This document shows, piece after piece, positions 10,309 through 19,473 of a stretch of DNA of 64,000 nt. Origin of the DNA: a virus; IMG/VR virus record IMGVR_UViG_3300030098_005028, positions 32,001 through 96,000 of that record; one strand, given 5' to 3'. Each line of letters begins with the position of its first letter. Positions within the stretch are counted from its first letter, which is position 1. The position numbers and the translations under genes were made by a program. The notes beneath the pieces are model-generated. The model did not search any database. It was not told the DNA's origin and saw nothing but the letters and a program-made list of their open reading frames with translations.

Positions 10309-10720
10309 TTTTCCAGAATGTAGTCGTCGGGGGAAAATATTAGATGAGAATACATGCGAGTGTTTTTCTAATAGAATATACCATCCAATGATGGGGGTAG
10401 CCCATAAAAGCACTTGCTTAATTTGTCCATATAAAAGTATGGAAGATGATCCAGATTTGGCTAAAGTTGATCTTCCAGAAGGGCCAAGTTTAATAGACAT
10501 GGCCAAAAACTTTACAAAAGCAATAACAAAACATGCAAGAAACAAGTTTGATAAAGTATCAGATGAAGAGTATGATCAAAGAATGACCATTTGTCAATCT
10601 TGTGATTATTATGAAGACAAACGCTGTAAACAGAAAAACTGCGGATGTTTTATTACTAGAAAGGCTAGATGGGCTTCTGAAGAGTGTCCTATTAATAAAT
10701 GGCCTGAATTAAATGAATAA
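10301..10720 (+). CDS. Small Cys-rich, zinc-finger-like protein (DUF6171-like C-terminus)
   Basis: 'RMTICQSC...C...CGCFI..KA......CPINKW' motif recurrent in phage genomes. Confidence 0.6.
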   Translation: MSDFPECSRRGKILDENTCECFSNRIYHPMMGVAHKSTCLICPYKSMEDDPDLAKVDLPEGPSLIDMAKNFTKAITKHARNKFDKVSDEEYDQRMTICQSCDYYEDKRCKQKNCGCFITRKARWASEECPINKWPELNE

Positions 10721-10733
10721 TGGTGTATATACA
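10721..10733 (+). promoter_or_regulatory. Candidate phage late-promoter motif TGGTGTATATACA
   Basis: Intergenic, just upstream of the GGAGG SD of 10754; the core TGGTGTAT recurs at 60015-60027 (-). Confidence 0.35.
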
Positions 10734-10753
10734 CATAGATGGAGGGCTTTTAA

Positions 10754-11386
10754 ATGGCAACCTTAAAATTCTATGCTAACGAAGCTAATGAAATACCTAC
10801 TGGTTCTGGTTTAGGCTTTTATGGAGCCGCTGGATTCGGTTCATCAGTTTCTGTGGGTTCATATCAAGGTAGTACTTTTGTAACAAATTCAGCAGGTACA
10901 GTTCGTGGGCCACAGGCTGACAATATTACCTTTATGAATGCTGGAAGTGGAAAATACACATCCAGTCATTCGGGAATTGGTATAGATGCAATTCCAAACA
11001 ATAGAGCAACATTAAATATAAGATTTACTCACACAAGTGCTGTCAAAGCTCAAAATGCACAACTGAGAATATATGATAGATCTAATATTAATAATGCAGC
11101 ATCTGGTGTGACTACTAAAGTAGCAGAAATAACTCATCCTTGGTCTACCGAATCTCCTCATACAGCAGGTTCTGGAGTTAACGATGGAATATGGTACACA
11201 CCTGCTGGAAGCGGCACAGTATTCAATCTATCGCCATCACCCGGTGAAGAGGGTAAATGGGCAGGAGATGGTGCTTCTGCAAGACCAGATGATCGGCATG
11301 ATTGGTATGTTGCTATGAGCGCTTCACCAAATAGTATTGGATCAAAAAGTCAATACGGTTTGTATGTTACTCTTGAGTATCTATAA
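10754..11386 (+). CDS. Hypothetical virion structural protein
   Basis: 210 aa, Gly/Ser/Ala-rich, strong GGAGG SD; last gene of the + operon. Confidence 0.6.
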   Translation: MATLKFYANEANEIPTGSGLGFYGAAGFGSSVSVGSYQGSTFVTNSAGTVRGPQADNITFMNAGSGKYTSSHSGIGIDAIPNNRATLNIRFTHTSAVKAQNAQLRIYDRSNINNAASGVTTKVAEITHPWSTESPHTAGSGVNDGIWYTPAGSGTVFNLSPSPGEEGKWAGDGASARPDDRHDWYVAMSASPNSIGSKSQYGLYVTLEYL

Positions 11387-11881
11387 CCAATCGTGGTATA
11401 GGGATATGTAATCCTGTAGTAATCGTTTAAGAATTTTGGAATCTGACATAGAAAAGTTATGCCTGACTTTTGTTAGATTGTCACCTTTTTTAGACGACAT
11501 TTGAAACCCAAAAGCAGGCCCAGATTTTGTCTGGGCTTGCTTCATTTTTGCTACAGTATTTCCAGATCTGTTTTGGTGGAACAGGCTGATTTCTTCCTTA
11601 TCTCCTTCTAACAAAGATAGTATTTCCCCAATATCTGGTAATCCCATCTTCATAGTTATTGATTGTTTTGGGTCGCTCCATCCAAAAGAAGCATTCCCTG
11701 TAGATGAGTTTTGTCCAGTCTGGTTCGTGCAAACCCAAAATAGTTCGACAACCCTTTTCTTTCCCGGTGCTTCTTCACTATCGAGCGTTATCTTGACCTG
11801 AAAAGCAGATGCTGCTCCTTTAGATTCTCCGTATGGTTTATAGACTCTATATTCTTTAGGTCTGATTGTTTCTTTAGTCAT
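11381..11881 (-). CDS. Whirly-like ssDNA-binding protein
   Basis: Motif order YRVYK..KGAA / FGWS..KQ..MKMGLPDIGEILSL / LFH / FGFQMS / C-terminal helix ending in W parallels the plant Whirly domain. Confidence 0.55.
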   Translation of the reverse strand: MTKETIRPKEYRVYKPYGESKGAASAFQVKITLDSEEAPGKKRVVELFWVCTNQTGQNSSTGNASFGWSDPKQSITMKMGLPDIGEILSLLEGDKEEISLFHQNRSGNTVAKMKQAQTKSGPAFGFQMSSKKGDNLTKVRHNFSMSDSKILKRLLQDYISLYHDWL

Positions 11882-12777
11882 CTATTTTCTCTCCAATTAG
11901 CATCATATGTACCAACACCAACAGGCTTTTCTGACTTGCCTTGCTGTATCTTATTAAGATGTTGAATCATCTCAGATGCTTTCGTTTTACTAACTTCTTT
12001 AATGTTTTTATATTGCTTTTCTCCACTATTAACATAGTCAAGAACATTAACATCACATCGTTCAGAAACTACATCCAAAAGGGATATCTGTTCTTCGTCA
12101 ATTTGGTCATCTGGTTTCCATATGTCACCATAGTCACTGATAACTCCATCATCAGCTAATTCCTCAGCGGCGATAACTGTTCTCAAACGAAGTATCTTCC
12201 TCAACGCCCTTGCTTCTGCTCTGGTTGTTGCTGTAGCTGTCGCATGCATATGATACGGCTCTTGTGTATTGTATTTATTTACATCTGCCGCATCTTCCTC
12301 GTGAATGATTTGCTGATACAATATATGGTTAGGCATATTATTCATAACAGTTACTATACAACAAACAGTTGAAGTACCATAGTTATTTTTACTTGGTGCT
12401 TGAATCACATTAACTTTCCTACCAACTATAGGCCCAATTAGAAGCTCAGTGACTCTCCTAAGACCATCACAAGTTGGGTGTCCATTATCCATCTCATCAT
12501 CTTGGAAATGAGTCATTACATAATCTGACCATTCAGGAGAGTCTATGTTAGGAATGACAACTGGCTCTTCTTCTGCCACATTCTGAATTTCTACATCTTC
12601 GTCTTTATTTTCGCCAACAATATCGTCTTCCATTTCTGCTTGGTCAAAGACTTCGCTTTGAGACTCTGCCAAAGCTAGTTTAGCTTTAAGAATATTCTTC
12701 TTTACATTAACTTCTTCATCCGTAAATCCATGTTCTTCTTTTAGTTTCTTTCTAAGTTCTGCAACAGTCATACTCAT
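11878..12777 (-). CDS. Rad52/Sak-like single-strand annealing protein
   Basis: 'DGLRRV...EDAADV...ATATTRAEARALRK' pattern typical of Rad52-superfamily phage annealases; acidic N-terminal extension. Confidence 0.55.
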   Translation of the reverse strand: MSMTVAELRKKLKEEHGFTDEEVNVKKNILKAKLALAESQSEVFDQAEMEDDIVGENKDEDVEIQNVAEEEPVVIPNIDSPEWSDYVMTHFQDDEMDNGHPTCDGLRRVTELLIGPIVGRKVNVIQAPSKNNYGTSTVCCIVTVMNNMPNHILYQQIIHEEDAADVNKYNTQEPYHMHATATATTRAEARALRKILRLRTVIAAEELADDGVISDYGDIWKPDDQIDEEQISLLDVVSERCDVNVLDYVNSGEKQYKNIKEVSKTKASEMIQHLNKIQQGKSEKPVGVGTYDANWRENR

Positions 12778-12778
12778 C

Positions 12779-13555
12779 TTATACCTCTACCTCAATAAGT
12801 CTCTTATCTTCTTCAGGAAATTCTTTTTGTATATCAGATAACACGCCTAATACCTGAGAGAGCAGGTCTCTTTTATGTTTATTAGATACATGTTTGCTGA
12901 TATGTCGAACTCTAACAATTACAAAACCATTAGTTGTTAGTAATCCAGACTTCTGTGCGTCTGCTCTCATATTTCTTTCTAGGCTCTCTTCTCCCCATAT
13001 AGGAAAGAAGTGAGATGGGCCATCAACTTCAATTGCTGTTTTTAGTTCTGGCAGGAATAGGTCTACTTCTAGTCTTTCATTCATTATCAATCCTTTACGA
13101 TGAAATTGGACTTGGAATCCATTCTCACGCAGGCTATTGACAAGAAACTTTTCTAATCTAGAACCTTCCTTCGTGGTTCTTCTAACTGCCTCAGCAGCGG
13201 CTGATCTCAATTTGTCTTTCTGTTCTTGAGGCATATTCTCCCATTGTCTCTTGGCATTATCAACCCTCTTCTGATATTCCTCGTCACTCATGTTGCTCCA
13301 AGTATCAGATAGGGTTTCAGAAATCTTTATTTTGACTTCTTCTGATCTTGATTGCCCTTTAGTAGGATGTTTATGTCTTCCACTTTTGAGAGCCGTCCTT
13401 TGTGCTTGACTCTTATTCCTTGGTTGAATCCCAAAGTTAATAGCTGCTCTTCTTATTTTGTTTGAGTATGTCCCTAGTTCGGCAGCAATATCACGGAAGC
13501 TTCTTTTCTTTTGTATGTATTCTTCGATAAGATATTCTTTTGTTAAAGCTGGCAT
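12779..13555 (-). CDS. HTH + NUMOD3-like + DUF559/Vsr-like endonuclease (homing-endonuclease-like)
   Basis: N-terminal HTH 'SFRDIAAELG', 'SEEVKIKISE' repeat, C-terminal 'EVDLFLPELKTAIEVDGPSH'. Confidence 0.7.
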   Translation of the reverse strand: MPALTKEYLIEEYIQKKRSFRDIAAELGTYSNKIRRAAINFGIQPRNKSQAQRTALKSGRHKHPTKGQSRSEEVKIKISETLSDTWSNMSDEEYQKRVDNAKRQWENMPQEQKDKLRSAAAEAVRRTTKEGSRLEKFLVNSLRENGFQVQFHRKGLIMNERLEVDLFLPELKTAIEVDGPSHFFPIWGEESLERNMRADAQKSGLLTTNGFVIVRVRHISKHVSNKHKRDLLSQVLGVLSDIQKEFPEEDKRLIEVEV

Positions 13556-13556
13556 T

Positions 13557-14018
13557 TTATTCCTCGCATATTTTTAATATTGTATTTATGTCAAAATTTT
13601 CTAGAATATGATCTACTTTTCTGTTAAAAGAATTTTCTATCACAGAAGAATGATTATGACATCTAGATACTATTTTTATTTTATTATTAGAAAACAAATC
13701 AAGAACTGGATTATAGTTATGTGGCATACGCAGCCATTCTAAGTCCCAGACATAGTATATTTTTGTATTCGCTGAAGGATAAGATGCCATCTTCTTTGCT
13801 GTTGATAAAGAGGTAGCAATCATTATTCCTTCTTGACCCCAAGCCTCTGCCATTTGCATAGTTGGAAATCTAGCAAACATACAGTCTTTCTCTACATTTT
13901 CACAATAAACGGTTGGGTCTACGTTCCCTTTTCCAGCAACTTTGTTGAAATTATTTATCAAATAGTATGATAGCTGACTTGACCCAAGACTTCTTACTAA
14001 TGCTCCTATTTTTATCAT
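13557..14018 (-). CDS. Hypothetical protein resembling the N-terminal domain of a GT-B glycosyltransferase
   Basis: 'IATSLSTA...KIYYVWDLEW' resembles GT4 N-domain 'IAT...T...YFVQD'. Confidence 0.4.
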   Translation of the reverse strand: MIKIGALVRSLGSSQLSYYLINNFNKVAGKGNVDPTVYCENVEKDCMFARFPTMQMAEAWGQEGIMIATSLSTAKKMASYPSANTKIYYVWDLEWLRMPHNYNPVLDLFSNNKIKIVSRCHNHSSVIENSFNRKVDHILENFDINTILKICEE

Positions 14019-14953
14019 TTACTATATCCATTAACAAAATTGACAACTTTCTGAATTTCATTCTTAGTTAGTCTCTCATGATAGGGAAGACTCACTGTGC
14101 TATCAGACTCACTTATAGACTTCCGATAATCTCTGTTATATGGCATATGAATAGATATGTTTTTATAGAATGGCTTTTCATGACAATGTGTATAATGTAT
14201 TCCACATATTATGCCAGATTTTTTTGCTTGTTGAATAAAGTCTTTATTGCTTTTTACTCTTATTCTATATAGATGTCTACTTACATTTTGATAGCCAAAC
14301 TCTTGGTTGTATGTGGCTCTTATGTTATCAAGTATTTCATACTTTTCATTTAGCTTATTTAAGTTCTCATTTGCTATATATGCAGATAAAGAATTCCAGT
14401 GCATCTTATGCCCAGCAGAGCTATGAACTCTTTCCCAATTATTTTCAGAGTAACTCATGCCATTCAGCGTTTTTTCTCTGTAACTTTCTATTGCTTGTTT
14501 ATTATCAGAAACGATTATTCCTCCGTCACAACCGCCTACCGGCTTAGTTGGATAGAAGCTAAATATCATTTCTGCGTTTGGTTTTCCAAGGTCTCTAAAT
14601 TGATTCCTCGTAACTTCTTGGGCAGAATCAATCAATACCTTTTTGCCATCATCAATAAGAGTATATGCACTTCCTACCCAATCAACATCATCATAAAAAA
14701 TATATTTTGAGCCTGCCATTTCAAGAGCGTTAGGAACAACAGGAGGTATGCAACTAGGCACTGAAATTATTTGGTCGTAATCTTTTGTTGCTAGATATAT
14801 CAAGCTAGACGCACTGTTTGCAGAACAAGCATATTTAGCCCCGACATATTCCGCAAATTTTGTTTCAAATTCATTTACTATGTCGCCATGAAGCCAGTTT
14901 CCTAGATCACTGGTGTTTAGCTCATATTGGTTAATGTGAAACAAGTTTATCAT
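14015..14953 (-). CDS. DegT/DnrJ/EryC1/StrS-family PLP sugar aminotransferase
   Basis: 'FE..FAEYVG.KYA', 'IDSAQ', 'FSFYPTKP.G..DGG' (PLP Lys), 'GIHY', 'VSLP'. Confidence 0.9.
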   Translation of the reverse strand: MINLFHINQYELNTSDLGNWLHGDIVNEFETKFAEYVGAKYACSANSASSLIYLATKDYDQIISVPSCIPPVVPNALEMAGSKYIFYDDVDWVGSAYTLIDDGKKVLIDSAQEVTRNQFRDLGKPNAEMIFSFYPTKPVGGCDGGIIVSDNKQAIESYREKTLNGMSYSENNWERVHSSAGHKMHWNSLSAYIANENLNKLNEKYEILDNIRATYNQEFGYQNVSRHLYRIRVKSNKDFIQQAKKSGIICGIHYTHCHEKPFYKNISIHMPYNRDYRKSISESDSTVSLPYHERLTKNEIQKVVNFVNGYSK

Positions 14954-16712
14954 TTTGGTATCTCATTGTTTCCGTTGTTGTAAAGATTGTTGTGTTATCC
15001 ATATCCTGTATAAAGTCATATGGAATTCTAGAAACCATACTGTATCCTTCTAAAAAAGAATCAATGTCATCTGGATTCATAAACCAGAAAGGTCTAAATT
15101 TTTTATTATCAAAATTTTCTAGACTTGCACATGTTTTGGTATCTGTACAAGTCATATCTTCTATAATTATTTCTTTAGCAGAAGATTCTGTTATATCTTT
15201 TAGTATTTTTGAAGGTTCTTTTTCATATTGTACTTTTGATTTTATGTATACGACATCAGACTCCTGTAAATCAAACGTATACTCAACGTCTTCATATAGG
15301 GCATCCAATAGAGATGAAACCTCATCTTTTTCTTCTACAATGATTGAGTACCTCTTATGTTGGCCTTCTTCTATTGATGAAATTAGTCCATGATATTTTT
15401 TCTTGAAGTGTGGCAGGTCAATGCACACATCTTCTTCTTTCTGCCTAACTTCTGGCTGTTCTGTTTTTATACTAATTACTTGATCAAAAGAGTCATACAT
15501 CCCTTTATATAGTCTGCTTGATTTCTGTCTTATTATTTTTGGGGATGGAATGTGAGTTATAAACTTCCCTCCTCGGTTGGCAAAGTCAACTTCTTTGGCG
15601 AATATTTCTTCGGTAAAATTCCAAGCTCCAAGAAAGGCATAATCTACACTATCATCGAAGTGAGATGGGTCTAGTATTGGAATATGCATTCCCGGTGAAA
15701 ATTTGTTTTGCTTTACCTCTGTATTATCTACAATGTAGTCGATTATTTCTGGGCCTATATTGCAATAGTTAAATATACATGTTGATTTTGATGTTGCTCC
15801 GTAGCTAACAATCTTGCTGCCGTTCTTCTTTATAGCCGTCAACATTTCTACTAGTTCATCTCTAGAACTCTGTACATTTCTGGCAAAGGCCTGATAGGTC
15901 TCCAGATTGTCTATTCCCATAGACTGTTCTTCTCTCAAAGAGGCTTCTACACATGGATCGACCTTTACATGAGAGTTTTCTTTGGTCTTTGCAAATACTC
16001 TATTAGAACCTCCATGAACACTGGTTCTTTGTACATCAAATATCTCCATACCTGCATTCTGAAGAAGATTATTCAAAGATGTTAAAGAGAAGAGGTGTGC
16101 GTGTTCATCATATATCTGGTCATAAGAATTTCTTATAAGCATGTCTACAACACAAGGGTCTTCAAAGATAAACACACCATTAGTATCATCCAGAACGTGT
16201 CTAACCGCATGAAATGCCTCTTGTATGTCTGGAATATGACACATACAGTTTGCAGAGTAAACTAAATCCACAAAATAAAGATCTTTGATCTTCTTTGCAG
16301 ATTCCATGTTCCAGAACACATTGAATGTGTCGTAGCCCATTTCTCTGGTCATCTCAGCAAAATTTCCACACGGCTCTACTGATATCGCTTTATTGGTATC
16401 AAAGTGTTTCAAAAATACTCCGTCATTGCTTCCTATTTCTAGTATTCTGCGATATGGATTAGACTCAATCTCTTTAGCAACAGAAGCAAAGTGATCCCTC
16501 ATTGTCTGCGAACCTGAAGAATGATACATGTAGCTATCATTAAACATTAGTGGTGGATCTACAAATTCCATCAGAGAAACTAGTTTAGTCTCATCATCAA
16601 ATCCTACTTTCATGTCAAAGAAAAATTCTTCTTCATTGCTTTCTAGTTGTTCTTTTGTTAGGAAACCATTTGCTATTGGATGTCTTCCTAAGTCTAAAAA
16701 TTCGGTCTGCAT
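14931..16712 (-). CDS. NDP-hexose C-methyltransferase (TcaB9/NovU-like) with ~200 aa C-terminal extension
   Basis: 'LDLG..P.AN.F', 'LEIGSNDG', 'YDQIYDEH', 'VHGGS', 'YGA.SK', 'K..PG.HIPI', 'AWNF'. Confidence 0.9.
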   Translation of the reverse strand: MQTEFLDLGRHPIANGFLTKEQLESNEEEFFFDMKVGFDDETKLVSLMEFVDPPLMFNDSYMYHSSGSQTMRDHFASVAKEIESNPYRRILEIGSNDGVFLKHFDTNKAISVEPCGNFAEMTREMGYDTFNVFWNMESAKKIKDLYFVDLVYSANCMCHIPDIQEAFHAVRHVLDDTNGVFIFEDPCVVDMLIRNSYDQIYDEHAHLFSLTSLNNLLQNAGMEIFDVQRTSVHGGSNRVFAKTKENSHVKVDPCVEASLREEQSMGIDNLETYQAFARNVQSSRDELVEMLTAIKKNGSKIVSYGATSKSTCIFNYCNIGPEIIDYIVDNTEVKQNKFSPGMHIPILDPSHFDDSVDYAFLGAWNFTEEIFAKEVDFANRGGKFITHIPSPKIIRQKSSRLYKGMYDSFDQVISIKTEQPEVRQKEEDVCIDLPHFKKKYHGLISSIEEGQHKRYSIIVEEKDEVSSLLDALYEDVEYTFDLQESDVVYIKSKVQYEKEPSKILKDITESSAKEIIIEDMTCTDTKTCASLENFDNKKFRPFWFMNPDDIDSFLEGYSMVSRIPYDFIQDMDNTTIFTTTETMRYQNDKLVSH

Positions 16713-17038
16713 CTCAACTCCTTGTGCGGTTCTATCTTTTCTAAATCTAATGCCTCAAAAGAGTTGAAGCATCTGTCGCAAATCATTACATCGTATGCGG
16801 GTTTTTTGAATCTGAGTTCATGGTATTTGACTCCATATTTTTCAAATTGAGATTTCGTAAGTTCAGTCCAATCTTCACCGCTTACACTTCCTCTAGCTGT
16901 CCAATAAACTATGTGATGCCCTTCATCATATAATTTGTTTGCTTTTTCAATATTTTTAATTATTGGCTTTGCTTTTTTATAGTTACAATTTTTACTTTGT
17001 GTAAATATGGTATTATCTATATCTATGTATATTTTCAT
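16694..17038 (-). CDS. HAD-superfamily phosphatase (capsule-biosynthesis type)
   Basis: 'IDIDNTI', 'WTARG', 'KP.YD..I.D'. Confidence 0.85.
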   Translation of the reverse strand: MKIYIDIDNTIFTQSKNCNYKKAKPIIKNIEKANKLYDEGHHIVYWTARGSVSGEDWTELTKSQFEKYGVKYHELRFKKPAYDVMICDRCFNSFEALDLEKIEPHKELRCRPNF

Positions 17039-17688
17039 CGTGTCATGTAATGAGACCTCAAAACTAGTCTCTCATTTCCTTCTCTAAGAACTCCTCCAAA
17101 GTGAAATATATCGCTATCAAATATCAATAAATCACCAGCTTTTCCGGTCATCGGTGTCGAATCTTTTTTAGATATATCAAGATGTGGATAGTCTATTTCT
17201 ATTCTGTTTTTTACTTGACTATAATCTGATGAGTTAGACCAAGCTTTTTTTCTTAGCTGTGCGCCTAGATATCTACTTCCTTTTACGACACTAAAAGGGC
17301 CACAGTCCTCATCACAATCAGTTAGGTAAAGAAAAAATTTAAGAGTATGAAATCTATCAAAATGGAGATATCCGTTTCTAGCAAGTTCTTCATTAGCTAT
17401 ATAATCATGAGTCGCTTGGATTGCGTGTAAGTAGTTATCACCTAAGTACTCTTGTTTTGTTGACTTTATCAATTCATTATCGAATACTTTTCTTACTTCG
17501 CTTGAAGGAGGAGCCAGATTTTCCAATGGTATGAAGTTGAGTGCTTTTCCAAATTGATAGCCTCCTTCTGAAAAATTTTCTATTTTTTCCAACACTTCTT
17601 GCTTTATTGTTTCTATATCTTCTAAAGGAACAAACCCTTCTAGTTTGACTATGCCTTCTTTCAGTATTTCTCTAGGTAGATCTTGCAT
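17035..17688 (-). CDS. PhyH-family 2-oxoglutarate/Fe(II) dioxygenase
   Basis: 'LHFD' (HxD), 'YLTD....GP...GS', 'GD..IFD....H.G', terminal R. Confidence 0.85.
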   Translation of the reverse strand: MQDLPREILKEGIVKLEGFVPLEDIETIKQEVLEKIENFSEGGYQFGKALNFIPLENLAPPSSEVRKVFDNELIKSTKQEYLGDNYLHAIQATHDYIANEELARNGYLHFDRFHTLKFFLYLTDCDEDCGPFSVVKGSRYLGAQLRKKAWSNSSDYSQVKNRIEIDYPHLDISKKDSTPMTGKAGDLLIFDSDIFHFGGVLREGNERLVLRSHYMTR

Positions 17689-18607
17689 AATGTTTCACCG
17701 TCTTTTCTATATCTGAATGAAAATCGCCTTCATATTCAAAGCCTTCTGCTCTTAAAAATTGAGAACTTATAGAGTACCTTTGGTCATGACCAAGCCTATC
17801 TTCTACGAATTCAATATGCTCATCAGCTTCTTTGTTCATAACATCACAAATGAGCTTTATCATTTCAATATTTTGTAGCTCAATTCCAGAGGATATATTG
17901 TATATATTGTTTTTTAGGCTATCTCTATTTTTTATTATGAATCCTATTGCTGAGGCAGTTTCATACACAGAAGTCCATTCTCTTATTTGTTTTCCGTCTC
18001 CATAAAGAGGAACCTTCTTCCCTTCAGATATCCTAGTCACAGATTTAGGAAAAAGTTTCTCAGTATGTTGACGTGGGCCAAAATTATTAGATGGCCTAAC
18101 AATAATACATTCAACACCATATGTATTCTCATAGGCTTTTATCATCATATCTGCCGAGGCTTTTGTTGCAGCATATGGATTTTTTGGGTTCAACCTTGCA
18201 TATTCATGGAAAGAACCTTCTGCAATATCACCATATACTTCATCAGTAGAAACATGCAATAATTTGACTGAATCTTCTTTGCAAACTTCTAACAATGATT
18301 TAACACCGAGAACATTAGACCAAAGAAAATCGTCGCAAGATTCAATTGATCTATCAACGTGCGTGTGAGCAGCTAGATTTATAATCCATTGAATATCGTG
18401 ATTTTTACATATTGAGGATATATCCTGTTGTTGATTGATGTCTATTTTGTAGCCCGCTATCGCATTAGGCTCAAAATCAATCGTATTAGCTGGATTAGCG
18501 GCATATGTAAACGAGTCTATGGCCACAACACCGAAGCCGTTATTTGTAAACCAATCTGCTACATGGCTACCAATGAAACCGGCAGAACCTGTAATTGCTA
18601 CATTCAT
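17672..18607 (-). CDS. rfbB: dTDP-glucose 4,6-dehydratase
   Basis: 'TGSAGFIG', 'AA.THVDRSI', 'VSTDEVYG', 'PYAATK', 'DRLGHD.RY'. Confidence 0.95.
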   Translation of the reverse strand: MNVAITGSAGFIGSHVADWFTNNGFGVVAIDSFTYAANPANTIDFEPNAIAGYKIDINQQQDISSICKNHDIQWIINLAAHTHVDRSIESCDDFLWSNVLGVKSLLEVCKEDSVKLLHVSTDEVYGDIAEGSFHEYARLNPKNPYAATKASADMMIKAYENTYGVECIIVRPSNNFGPRQHTEKLFPKSVTRISEGKKVPLYGDGKQIREWTSVYETASAIGFIIKNRDSLKNNIYNISSGIELQNIEMIKLICDVMNKEADEHIEFVEDRLGHDQRYSISSQFLRAEGFEYEGDFHSDIEKTVKHYARST

Positions 18608-19473
18608 TAGACTATTCCGTAAAGATAATTACTGTATTCGTTCTTGCCTAGATTGCCCGCAAGATGTAAGAGTTGCCTTTTGCTGATGTAGCCTAGATTA
18701 TATGCTATCTCTTCCAAGCAGGCAATCTTCAAACCCTGTCTTTTTTCGATTGTCTGTATAAAGTTTGATGCCTCTAATAGAGAATCATGAGAACCAGCGT
18801 CGAACCAAGCATAACCTCGCCCAAATATCTCAAGCATCAACTTCTTGCTTTTCAAGTACACATTATTGACATCGGTTATTTCAAGTTCGCCTCTTGAAGA
18901 AGGACTTATGGTTTTTGCAATTTTTACTACATCATTACTATACATATATAGCCCGACAGCCGCACAATTTGATTTTGGATTTTCAGGCTTTTCCTCGATG
19001 CTTACGACACGTCTATTTCTGTTATATTCTATGACACCATATTCTCTTGCGTCATTAACATGATAACCAAATATTACAGATTTGTTATTTTCAGTTATTT
19101 CTCTGCTAGTTCTAAGAATAGTTGGTAAAGCATCTCCATAAAATATATTATCGCCAAGTATCAAACAAACAGAGTCATCGCCAATAAATTCTTCGGCTAT
19201 TATAAAGCATTCAGCTATTCCTTTTGGCGATTCTTGAATGTTATATTCAATATTTATTCCAAGATGAGAACCGTCTTCAAAAAGAGACTTATATAAATTA
19301 ATCTGGTCAGGCCTTGTAATAACCATGATATCTTTTATTCCTGCCAGCATTAATGTTGACATTGGATAATATATCATCGGCTTATTATATATAGTAAGTA
19401 GCTGCTTCGTTATTACATTAGTTGCTGGATAAAGTCTTGAGCCTGATCCACCAGAAAGCACTATTCCCTTCAT
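18607..19473 (-). CDS. rfbA: Glucose-1-phosphate thymidylyltransferase
   Basis: 'KGIVLSGGSGSRLYP.T...KQL...KPMIYYP', 'LGDNIFYG', 'EKP', 'RGELEITD', 'RG.AW.D.G'. Confidence 0.97.
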   Translation of the reverse strand: MKGIVLSGGSGSRLYPATNVITKQLLTIYNKPMIYYPMSTLMLAGIKDIMVITRPDQINLYKSLFEDGSHLGINIEYNIQESPKGIAECFIIAEEFIGDDSVCLILGDNIFYGDALPTILRTSREITENNKSVIFGYHVNDAREYGVIEYNRNRRVVSIEEKPENPKSNCAAVGLYMYSNDVVKIAKTISPSSRGELEITDVNNVYLKSKKLMLEIFGRGYAWFDAGSHDSLLEASNFIQTIEKRQGLKIACLEEIAYNLGYISKRQLLHLAGNLGKNEYSNYLYGIV

